A stretch of 64,000 nucleotides of DNA. Origin: a virus (Duplodnaviria > Caudoviricetes). Shown here piece by piece: positions 27,263 to 36,900 of the stretch; the stretch's first letter is position 1, and every line of letters starts with the position of its first letter. The notes beneath the pieces are model-generated. The model was not told the DNA's origin, did no database searches, and was given only the letters and a program-made list of their open reading frames with translations. Position numbers and translations under genes: made by a program. The DNA is taken from the IMG/VR virus record IMGVR_UViG_3300009185_000001, positions 128,001 to 192,000 of that record, one strand, 5' to 3'.

Positions 27263-29146
27263 TTATGCAGGTGTAGGAGCTTCTGTTGGAGCAGCACTAG
27301 CAGCAGGAGCAGGAGCAGGAGCAGCACCTGCTTCTCCAGCGGCAGCTTCAGGAGTAGCTTCTGGACCACCTCCACCACCGCCTCCACCACCAAATTCAGG
27401 AATAGAAGAGGATGATACACCACCACCACCTCCAAATCCTCCACCACCGCCTCCTTCAACTCCGCTAGCGGCATTTTCAGCAGCTTCGATATGTTCTCTC
27501 CAATTTGGACCATTACCTTCGATTTGAGAAAGTTCCCATTTAAGAGCAGCTTCCTTTTTCTTCCATTCCATATTTTCTCCAATTTTTTCATCGGAAAATC
27601 CAAGATAATGTCTTTGAGCAAAAATATTTGAAATTCCCTCATTTTGACTCATATCAGAGAAATTTTTTAATTTCAATTCAAGAAGTTGTTGCTGTCTGAT
27701 TGCAAAAAAGTTTGAAGGAGGAGTAAAACTTAAACTAAACTGAGATTCGTGCAATTTGTATTCTTTCCACCATCCCCTGAGTTTTAAATGAGTTATAAAA
27801 GCATCTTTAAGACCCGCTGAAATTTGATTTTGCAGTCTAACTATCATTTTTGCAAATTTTAATTCCTCTTTTAATATTTCAGATCCATCTCTAAATGGTT
27901 CATTTGGATTTAAACGAGATACAGGAACACCAAGGCTCTTATATAATTTGTTAACAAAGTACATAAGATCATCGAGTTGGCCTAAATTTGCACCACCCTG
28001 CATTAATTCAACATCGGAACCAACTTCTCCGTTTCTTTTTGCAAACCAATAGGCATCTAGCATGGATTGTGGATTGTAGATATTTCCAGCACCGGGTGAG
28101 CTAGTATTGGAGTTATACGTCTGTTTGCTCCAATGTTGTTGCATCAATTGTTTTAAATATCCTTCTGCTTTTGCAGGAGGCATATTACCCACGTCAATCT
28201 TAAATTTAAGACGTTCGGGTGCTCTTACCATTCGATAAATAATAATAGAATCTTCTAGAAGAGAAAGTTGTTTATACGATCTTCGACAATTTTCTATATA
28301 TGGAATACGAATAGACTGGTCTTCATTCCATGATCCTGAATGAATATAGGTAATCTGATTTCCCTGTAGTGTGACTATTTGTTGTTGTAAAGCATTTATG
28401 GAACTAGTATTGCTTTGAATTTGAGAAAGTGGAGCAGATGGATCATTGGTTAGACTAATTGGTTTTTGGAAAACAAAGTTTTCTATGACATTATTTTGAA
28501 TATTGTCATAGATGGGATTTATCAACTCTCCGGGAATACTAAGAACCCCAATAATTCCCTTGTCTCTATTTTCTTCGTGAATTACATTTTCAAAGAACAA
28601 TTCACCTTCGACTAACAATCTGCGAGCATACATCCATCCCTTATGCTCCAAGTCATAAATATTAATAAATTTTGTAAATTCTTTTAATAATTCATTCTTT
28701 TCTTCTTGTCCTAAGTTCGAGTATGAAGAAAAGTCTAAATGAGTTATTTTTCCATTTTCATCCTTTACAATAACTTCATCACAGATTTCATTCAAAGCAT
28801 CGGAGATTTCAGCATATGCCGCCATTCTACGATATTCTGCCAATCTACGAATTTTATCAGCATCAACATTTGCATAGATGTATTTGTGATAAGCATGATC
28901 AGAAACAAATGAACCGGGATTGTAGTAGTCTCCAAATTCATTACGCATAAACGGTCCAGTAAGAACCGATTGTTGCATTATTTTTAATTCTTGTCTCTTT
29001 GACAAACGATCAAATAATTGATATTTAGGATTTCCAACATCAGCAGTAACAGCAGTAGCTACATATGGTAGTCTCTGCAATAATTGAGAAACAAAATTTC
29101 TACTGGTGTCTGGTATTCTATTAGAATTTGATGTGATATCTGCCAT
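27263..29146 (-). CDS. gp20: Portal vertex protein, T4 gp20 family
   Basis: RRLLVEGELFF, QLSLLEDSIIIYRMVRAPERLKFKIDVGNMP, SMLDAYWFAKR, KLYKSLGVPVSRL; Gly/Ala/Pro-rich tail. Confidence 0.95.
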   Translation of the reverse strand: MADITSNSNRIPDTSRNFVSQLLQRLPYVATAVTADVGNPKYQLFDRLSKRQELKIMQQSVLTGPFMRNEFGDYYNPGSFVSDHAYHKYIYANVDADKIRRLAEYRRMAAYAEISDALNEICDEVIVKDENGKITHLDFSSYSNLGQEEKNELLKEFTKFINIYDLEHKGWMYARRLLVEGELFFENVIHEENRDKGIIGVLSIPGELINPIYDNIQNNVIENFVFQKPISLTNDPSAPLSQIQSNTSSINALQQQIVTLQGNQITYIHSGSWNEDQSIRIPYIENCRRSYKQLSLLEDSIIIYRMVRAPERLKFKIDVGNMPPAKAEGYLKQLMQQHWSKQTYNSNTSSPGAGNIYNPQSMLDAYWFAKRNGEVGSDVELMQGGANLGQLDDLMYFVNKLYKSLGVPVSRLNPNEPFRDGSEILKEELKFAKMIVRLQNQISAGLKDAFITHLKLRGWWKEYKLHESQFSLSFTPPSNFFAIRQQQLLELKLKNFSDMSQNEGISNIFAQRHYLGFSDEKIGENMEWKKKEAALKWELSQIEGNGPNWREHIEAAENAASGVEGGGGGGFGGGGGVSSSSIPEFGGGGGGGGGPEATPEAAAGEAGAAPAPAPAASAAPTEAPTPA

Positions 29147-29163
29147 AATAACGTATTATATTC

Positions 29164-29171
29164 TATTTATA
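29164..29171 (-). promoter_or_regulatory. T4-type late promoter TATAAATA
   Basis: Exact TATAAATA upstream of the portal gene. Exact copies also at 40797, 48113, 55360, 56550, 57827 and 58431, each just upstream of an ATG. Confidence 0.75.
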
Positions 29172-29195
29172 GTAAAAAGTCTAGTAATCAAATTA

Positions 29196-29993
29196 TTAAA
29201 CACCATCATATCCCAAAAATTCGCTCAATTCTGTTAGAATATAATAATAGTCTTCGGTTATGATACCATTTAATAATTGTGTAGGAAGATCTTTTAAAGA
29301 AATTATTTCACAATTTTCAGCATCAATTATAGCATATGGTAAAAATCCATCAACTTGGTTTATATACGGTTCATCAGTATTAAAAACATTAACACTTATA
29401 ATTCCTAATGTATTTGTTTCGTTTCTTACTATAAATGAAACATTAAATGTTTTTGTATCTGGATTATATGTTATTTTAGGATTTTCTATTGTTAATACTT
29501 CTGGATTCCAATTTTCAGATGAAAGAAATTTTATTATAACATTATCAATCAATAATGTTTTTATCAATCCTGTAGAACAATCAAAAACTTTAAATAGAAA
29601 AACAAAACTAAATGAATTTAAAGGAATTGTAGGATCAAGGAAATAATATAAATCAGTAAAAAATACTTTATTTTTCTTTTCATCAAACCAATAATCAACA
29701 GTTGTTGTTTTTCTTATATTGAAAAGATTTATTTGATTAAATGGTTTTATCGTATCATTGTTTATATAAAATTTTTCAAAAATACAACCATTTAAGGTTT
29801 CAACAAAAATTGTATCATAAAATACGTCAAACCTATTTATTTTATTTGCTGTTAATTCATTAAAAAATGAAGAATTTATTTCTTGATATTTAAAATATAT
29901 AGAAGATAAAACATTATAAGAAGGCTCTACGCTGTTTTTTAAATCTCTAAGCCAAAGCTCGCCTGAAGTTTGTTTGTTATAATATATACTCAT
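29196..29993 (-). CDS. Hypothetical protein (structural module)
   Basis: 265-aa ORF coupled to its neighbours. Confidence 0.6.
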   Translation of the reverse strand: MSIYYNKQTSGELWLRDLKNSVEPSYNVLSSIYFKYQEINSSFFNELTANKINRFDVFYDTIFVETLNGCIFEKFYINNDTIKPFNQINLFNIRKTTTVDYWFDEKKNKVFFTDLYYFLDPTIPLNSFSFVFLFKVFDCSTGLIKTLLIDNVIIKFLSSENWNPEVLTIENPKITYNPDTKTFNVSFIVRNETNTLGIISVNVFNTDEPYINQVDGFLPYAIIDAENCEIISLKDLPTQLLNGIITEDYYYILTELSEFLGYDGV

Positions 29994-30667
29994 TGGTACT
30001 CTCCTTCATATACAGTCATATCAGGACTTCCATCGTCAGGATTTGGACTAGCAGCAACTGGATTAATAAGGATAATATCCGTTCCGGTTTCTGCACTATT
30101 TACTAATTCATTTTCAAAAGGAGCAAGTAGTTTATAAGGACGATAATGATCTTTTATAGGAACAAACATAATTGGTTCTGGAGGTCTTGGTTTCCAGTTT
30201 ACAGAAACGGGTATAAGATAATTCGGAGTTATACTTTCAAAAATATATAAAATATCATTATTAGGACCAAACATTCTAGATCCGACCAAATGAAGTTCGC
30301 TAAAATAGTTAGAACACAATGTTTGAGATAACGTATCAATTCCTTCTAATTTTGGAACACTCAAATCTAGAGAAAAACTATAAGAATCATATGAAGAAGT
30401 TCCTAATTTATATATGTATGTTTTTACATTAAATGCTTTAGTAAATTCTCCCGTAAGATAATAAACATTTGTGCTAATATTTTTTAGAGGATTATTATCG
30501 GGTGATAATAAATCATGTATAATATTACCATCACCAAAATCATAGGTTATTTTATAAACCTTTGAACTTACTGAAATGCCAGAAGGAATCAGCGTTAATG
30601 TATATGGAGACGTTCCTGTAATTAAAGGACTAAAACTATTAAGATATACCTTCTGACTATTATTCAT
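29990..30667 (-). CDS. Hypothetical protein with PKD-like YDFGDG motif
   Basis: 225 aa; KITYDFGDG. Confidence 0.6.
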   Translation of the reverse strand: MNNSQKVYLNSFSPLITGTSPYTLTLIPSGISVSSKVYKITYDFGDGNIIHDLLSPDNNPLKNISTNVYYLTGEFTKAFNVKTYIYKLGTSSYDSYSFSLDLSVPKLEGIDTLSQTLCSNYFSELHLVGSRMFGPNNDILYIFESITPNYLIPVSVNWKPRPPEPIMFVPIKDHYRPYKLLAPFENELVNSAETGTDIILINPVAASPNPDDGSPDMTVYEGEYQ

Positions 30668-30704
30668 TAATAATATTTAATGAAAAGTGTTAAAATTCCA
30701 ACTA

Positions 30705-33700
30705 TTATAATAATTTTCTAGCAATTATATAACTACCTGCTAGAGGAACACAGGATATACCACCACCCGCAGTACCTAAAGCAAATTGCCAATTTAAAGT
30801 ACCACCAACCGTTCCCGACCTTATATGCATTCTTCTTCTAACAAACCATGTGTTAGCAGTGTTACTACTTGGAGTTGTTAAATTTGTTGGAGTACTAGTA
30901 TTATCAGCACCAACTCCTGCATATGTAATAGCAGTAGGAGTTCCGGTAGCAGTGAACCATGCATCATCTATCATAAAATAGTTAAATTTTAAACTTCCGT
31001 CACCAGTAAATTGATATTTAACACCCCCTAATCCTGTAGTTGTTAATATAGCAATAGCAACAACTTCATAATTTGTATTAGCATCTAAGGACACTCCATT
31101 TACTATATTTGCTAAAGTTATAGTTGCATTTGAACCTCCCAATGTGCTTCCTTTTATTAAATTTCCATATCTAGTATCGCCTAAACCTCCAGTAATTACA
31201 GAACTATCACCAAGATATGTTTGATTAGGAGCAGTTACACTTGGACTGTTTACTACTGTTACATTAGAAGCTGTATTATTACCGATTGTCGTTGTTACTG
31301 CACCAGTACCAGTATTGATGTTGGTTGTACGAGCAGTTGTTGAGTTAATGTCAACCTGACCAGTTGTTGTCAAACCATATGTGCTTGCAGCAGCAGTTAC
31401 TACTCCTGTACTGTTTCCGATAGTTAGAGTATTAGCAGCAGTATTTGCTATTGTAGTATTTCCTGCTATTGTTGTTGTACCATTGATTGCAACTGTTCCT
31501 GCTGCATTTCCAATAGTAGTTGTTACAGCACCAGTACCCGTATTAATATTGGTCGCTGCTGCCGTTCCATTATTAATATTGAGTGCTCTTCCTGTAGTTG
31601 TATTAATGCCTATAGTACTTGCAGTTGTAATTGTTAAAGTACTTGCTTCTAAATCTGCTGTGCCAGTTTGATTTCCAACCACAAGAGTATTTCCTGCGGT
31701 ATCTGCTATTGTCGTGTTTCCTGCTATTGTTGTTGTTCCGTTTATAGCAACTGTTCCTGCATTTCCAATCGTAGTTGTTACAGCACCAGTACCAGTATTA
31801 ATATTTGTAGTTCTTCCTGTAGTTCCATTTATTGTAAATGTACTTGCAGTTGTAATTGATCCGGTATTTCCATTTAATGTAAGAGTTCCTGAAGAATTTC
31901 CGATACTAACCGTTCCAGTAGTTGTTCCTGTTCCGATATTAGTGTTGGTTGTGGTTCCTGAATCGTTGTTAATTCCAATAGGAGCACCTTTTGCATTAAT
32001 TACTGCGGAGTTATTACCAATTCTTACTGTTCCGGTAGATCCATTGATATTTATTTCAGTATCTTTAAATGATGCTGTGGTATTTCCATCATTTATTTTA
32101 ACATAACCTGCAACATTTACATTGGTTCCATTGGCATTGGAATTTCCAATATTAACATTTGTTAATGTTGTATTATTTGAATTGATGTATGTGCTTCCAC
32201 TTCCATCATAATTAATTCTAGTATCTCCACCTGCTATAATCGCACCAAATGCAGATCCATAGGCAGACAATGCTGTTGTTCCATTACTATCACCAAAAAT
32301 TGCTAGTTTAGCGGTTGGTGTAGCATGATTTATGCCCACATTACCATTTGATAATATGGTAACTTTTTGGGTATTGTTAGTAACAATATCAAATGGAACA
32401 GAATTTTCTGTGCCTATATATGGATTAGAAGCATTTGTACCAAAAGTACCAATTGTAATTTTATTTGTTGTTCCATCATATATTCTAACTTGTGGTTGAC
32501 CATTAGCTTCACTTGCTGTATTAGCTTTAACAATATTAAAGGGAGCAGTAGGCGTATTAACTCCAACACCAACCCAACCATTAGTAGCACCATCAACAAT
32601 TAATGACGCTTTAGAATGAGGAACATCAATGTCTTGATCAAAACATTGTAATATAGGATATGCTCCAGTTTGTATAATTGTAGTAGCAGCATCAGTTCCT
32701 TTGTTGTTTACTACAAGAGAACTAGTTATTTGAACTTTAGTATCAAGATAAGAAAATGTTCCTAGTGCTGAAAGATCTCCTGTTATAGTTGTGTTTCCAT
32801 CGATTCTAACATCTCCATTAACATCAAGAACTACTTGTGATGCTTGTTGAGGATAATATGGCTGTGGTACTTTATAAATTCCTACTCTACTATTGAATAC
32901 GTTTATTCCACCACCACCAGTAGAAAGAGAAATCATCGGACTATGAAAGGATGCCCCTACATTTCCCCCTTCGGCTTTAATACCTGTTAATGCACCATAG
33001 GCAGATAATGCAACATTATTAGAATATGCACCAACACCCATTGTATTTCCATATGAATTAACACCCCAATTGGAAGAATAAGCATCCAATCCAATGTTTT
33101 TACCATAAGCACTTAATGCTCTAAATGGGCTATAAAATTCTCCACCGACAAATCCACCGAATGCTGATATGCCTCTTGAGGACGAATAAACATCTAAACC
33201 AATCTGTCCACCATAAGCAGACAATGCTCTTATGGGACTATAAAATTCTCCACCAATTCTTCCGCCAAAAGCAGATATGGCCCTTGTAGGAGAATAAACA
33301 TCCAATCCTATTTCTCCACCCCAAGCACTTAATGCTCTTACAGGACTATAAAATTCTCCACTAATAAATCCACCATAAGAAGATATGCCTCTCGAAGAAG
33401 AATACACATCTAAACCAATTTGTCCACCATAAGCAGACAATGCTCTTATGGGACTATAAAATTCTCCAGCGATTCTTCCACCAAATGCTGATATTGCTCT
33501 TGTAGGAGAATAAACATCCAATCCTATCTGTCCACCCCAAGCAGATATGGCTCTCATAGGGGAAAGGGCTTCTATTGCAATTTTAGGAGCATTTGCAGAA
33601 ATACCAATTGATTTTGTACTGATAACCTCAAGACCTAAATATCCTTCACTATGTATATATGCTCCGCGAGTTCCTGCATATGCACACAAAGCTGTATTAT

Positions 33701-33887
33701 CAGTATATAAAAATGCTGCAAATGAACTTAAAGGACAAGTAGCACTTAAAGCACCTTTTAAAACAAATTCCCCAAGAAAGGGTTGTTGTTGGCTGGCTAT
33801 TGGATCATGCGATGCATCAGGATTTGTGTCATTACCATATGTATGGTGATTACGTCTATGCCATTTTGAATGAAAACGATTACTCAT
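30705..33887 (-). CDS. Tail fibre/adhesin with two repeat regions
   Basis: 1060 aa. 9/18-aa RAISAxGG-xxxxxYSP repeats, VGINHATP, and TNINTGTGAVTTTIGN repeats. Confidence 0.75.
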   Translation of the reverse strand: MSNRFHSKWHRRNHHTYGNDTNPDASHDPIASQQQPFLGEFVLKGALSATCPLSSFAAFLYTDNTALCAYAGTRGAYIHSEGYLGLEVISTKSIGISANAPKIAIEALSPMRAISAWGGQIGLDVYSPTRAISAFGGRIAGEFYSPIRALSAYGGQIGLDVYSSSRGISSYGGFISGEFYSPVRALSAWGGEIGLDVYSPTRAISAFGGRIGGEFYSPIRALSAYGGQIGLDVYSSSRGISAFGGFVGGEFYSPFRALSAYGKNIGLDAYSSNWGVNSYGNTMGVGAYSNNVALSAYGALTGIKAEGGNVGASFHSPMISLSTGGGGINVFNSRVGIYKVPQPYYPQQASQVVLDVNGDVRIDGNTTITGDLSALGTFSYLDTKVQITSSLVVNNKGTDAATTIIQTGAYPILQCFDQDIDVPHSKASLIVDGATNGWVGVGVNTPTAPFNIVKANTASEANGQPQVRIYDGTTNKITIGTFGTNASNPYIGTENSVPFDIVTNNTQKVTILSNGNVGINHATPTAKLAIFGDSNGTTALSAYGSAFGAIIAGGDTRINYDGSGSTYINSNNTTLTNVNIGNSNANGTNVNVAGYVKINDGNTTASFKDTEININGSTGTVRIGNNSAVINAKGAPIGINNDSGTTTNTNIGTGTTTGTVSIGNSSGTLTLNGNTGSITTASTFTINGTTGRTTNINTGTGAVTTTIGNAGTVAINGTTTIAGNTTIADTAGNTLVVGNQTGTADLEASTLTITTASTIGINTTTGRALNINNGTAAATNINTGTGAVTTTIGNAAGTVAINGTTTIAGNTTIANTAANTLTIGNSTGVVTAAASTYGLTTTGQVDINSTTARTTNINTGTGAVTTTIGNNTASNVTVVNSPSVTAPNQTYLGDSSVITGGLGDTRYGNLIKGSTLGGSNATITLANIVNGVSLDANTNYEVVAIAILTTTGLGGVKYQFTGDGSLKFNYFMIDDAWFTATGTPTAITYAGVGADNTSTPTNLTTPSSNTANTWFVRRRMHIRSGTVGGTLNWQFALGTAGGGISCVPLAGSYIIARKLL
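32990..33580 (-). repeat. Coding tandem repeat with 27/54-nt periodicity and a 216-nt higher-order duplication
   Basis: TGTCCACCATAAGCAGACAATGCTCTTATGGGACTATAAAATTCTCCA occurs at 33205 and 33421. Confidence 0.85.
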
Positions 33888-33948
33888 ATTTTTTAGTCTC
33901 TGTTGTTAGCAGGAACCGTTCATTTCTGAAGGTTACTATTATCAATAT

Positions 33949-36900
33949 TTATACTGGAGGAATAACTTTATTACAACATTCTGAAGTAGCAGATCCCCAT
34001 GTTTTACTCGGAGCATAGGATATTGGGAAACTATTTTCAAGCTCTGCATATGTTATAGGATTTATGTTACATATACGTATTGCAGGAAAGGTTAATTTAT
34101 AACAAGACATTGCCTTCCAAGACCAACAGAATACATCATTACATCCATTACTGGAATTATTTGATTGCACGTTATAATCAACTATATTTAAAAACAAGTT
34201 TAAATCATTTAAAGCACTGCACAATTTAGACAATTCTCTATTCATTACTTGTGGTGTATGTAATTCATTTACACCAACACCTAATGTTTCACACTCTATT
34301 GTTCCATCAAAATAAGGCAAGTCATTTACATCAACAGGAACAGATGCAAAATATTTTACTATATTCGTAGAAGTTTGTTCGGTGGCTAATACTAATTTGT
34401 AATTTAATGAACTTCTAAGGGTTTTAATATTTTGAGCCATTCGTATTAAACATCTATTATAATTGGTATCTGATGCTAATTCATCCCTATCTATTAATAA
34501 TTGATCCCTAGACCAATACTGACTAGGCAATCCTTCTCCAACTTTATATACTTCTAAAACGTCTTGAAGTTTTATTATACATTTCTCGGTCAATAATAAT
34601 ATAGAACGATTTTTATCCTTTTTAGCACCAACAAAAACAAGATTTGCTGGAAGATCAAGTTGTGATATAAAGTAACCGGAAGCAGAATATTTGTAAACAT
34701 CTGTCGAAGTAACTGCATATATAAAATCGCCTACTTCATCAAATATAATTTTAATAATATTTGAAGTAATATTATTTATTTTAAATTTTGAAACATAAGA
34801 AGAACTAAATGAATCAAATATGTATATAGTTTTTGTTTCTGTTAATACATATAATAATTCAAATTCTGGATGAACTGCTATGCTTATCGGTCTTTCATCA
34901 AAAAACTCATCGGCTTCATATGTATAAACCCAATTTAAATCGGTGTTATATCTTTTAACACAGCGATTGTTAAAATCCAATACATACAGATTTTGTCTTT
35001 CATATGCCAATTCGGATGGAGAATTAAATTTATTAGTGTCTTTTTTAGAACCTAATCCCCCAACATTTAATGTATAATTTAATGTAGATTGCGTATTGAA
35101 TTCTAAATCAAATCTATAAACTCTATTTTTTGGAGGGTCTGCTATATATGCTATGGTTCCGGTTTCATCTACCTCTAATGAAATTGGATTTAAGAAAATA
35201 GTATTTAATGAATCTGCTCCATCTAATTGTATTTCAGAAGAAATATTATCGGAAGATAAACATCTGAATAAGTTTCCATCCAATACATAAATGCGATTAT
35301 TAACTTCTATAGCATCTTTTATTTTTGTAAAATAAGAAATTCCAGAAGAAACTGCTAATTCCGGATTATAATAAAATTCGGTTCCAAAATCTCTTGTATA
35401 CCATCTTATTCCACTACTTAAATTAAAGGGATTACTACCCAACCAACCAAAAAATATTGTTGGTGAATTAGTATTTATTGTTTGTAAATTTGATGCCAAA
35501 TAATCCAAATTATCTTGTATTCTACCTATTGAGGTATTGAATATATCAGAATCTCCCCATTCATTTGGTTGAATGAAAACTCCTTCGTTTGTATAGGGAA
35601 GTGTTAAAACAGCTTCTTCTACAAATCTTAATGAGTTTGGATCATATGTTTGCCAATTATTTTTTACAAAAATTGGATTTGGATGTTCATACATTTTTAA
35701 TGATCCATCATTATATAATGCACTATAAGAAATATAATATGTACCAGAATTTTTATATGAATAAAATAAAGAAGAATCGAATGCGGTAATTCTATCAGAA
35801 TCGTACTCACCAAAATTTACCATATATGCAATTATAGATATATTACCTGTAGAATCCGGTGTATCAAATTGTAGGAATAAATCTTGTCCAGTAAGAACAT
35901 ATGCAGTTGATATAAAAATTTCTGGACTTGCAGCACTGCTGCTTGATATTAACGTTTTAGTTGGTGAAATAGAAGTTGTTATTTGAGTAACAGTACTCCA
36001 TAAATCTCTAGAACCTGTATAAGCATTATCTGGATAGTTATTAAAGGTTGATGAAAATATTTTTTTATCTATATTTGAAGAAGCATGTAAAAAAAGAGTA
36101 TTCTTCTTGGTTCCCGATACTGTGAGTTCATTGGCAGGATCTCCTATTACTAATTCAAATACATCAAAACTTCCTGTTGTTGCTGGAATTTCTCTATTAA
36201 CCGACCAAAAATATGTTGAAAGGGTATATGTTATTGTTCCATTGACTATTTCTACGGGAGAATTTGGAATGCTTGTGCTTATACTTTGATATACTGATAT
36301 AACACGATCATTATCAATATCTATAGCAGTTGTATCTACCATATATGTTGTTGTTATATCTGTGTAAGGAATCAATTTTAAATTTTTTTGCAATCTATTT
36401 GCACTATTATTATCAGATTTTGCGGTTATATTAAATGTATATGTATTTAAATTTAAACCACTTGGCATTTTATAATATATTCCATTATTTTCTGGAAATA
36501 ATTCATCATTAAATGCTGTTAATGTTATAGGCAATCCAGATGATGAATACATTTCAGTTGCATATGGAATATTTGTTAATGTATAATAAGAAGAAAATTT
36601 TTCTAATTTTGTATTAAGATTTTCTCCGGTATAATATCTAAAATCATTCAGATATGATTTATTTGCAGATAGATAATATCCTTGGCTATTTGATTTTTTA
36701 TTTCCATATGCAGTATTAGATGGTATTTGTGTATAGTTATTTTGATCAGAAAGCGTTAGATACTTTCCATTTTTCCAAAAGAATTCTGGAATTGTTAAAA
36801 ACTGTAATGATTTATTAAATTCGGATGAATCTAAAATATTCACTACAGTATTTGCCTGAACATTATGTGCGCTTGTCCAGCCGGGCACAATGGCATTTAA

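Noticed and set aside
27233-27642. Alternative-frame ORFs over the portal C-terminus
   Set aside because: Products of the low-complexity Gly/Ala/Pro tail.
31381-32603. Plus-strand Val/Pro-rich ORFs opposite the tail fibre
   Set aside because: Mirror translation of Thr/Gly/Asn repeats.
32990-33580. Possible DGR template/variable repeat pair
   Set aside because: Both copies are in-frame within one gene, differences are not adenine-specific, and there is no reverse transcriptase in the window.
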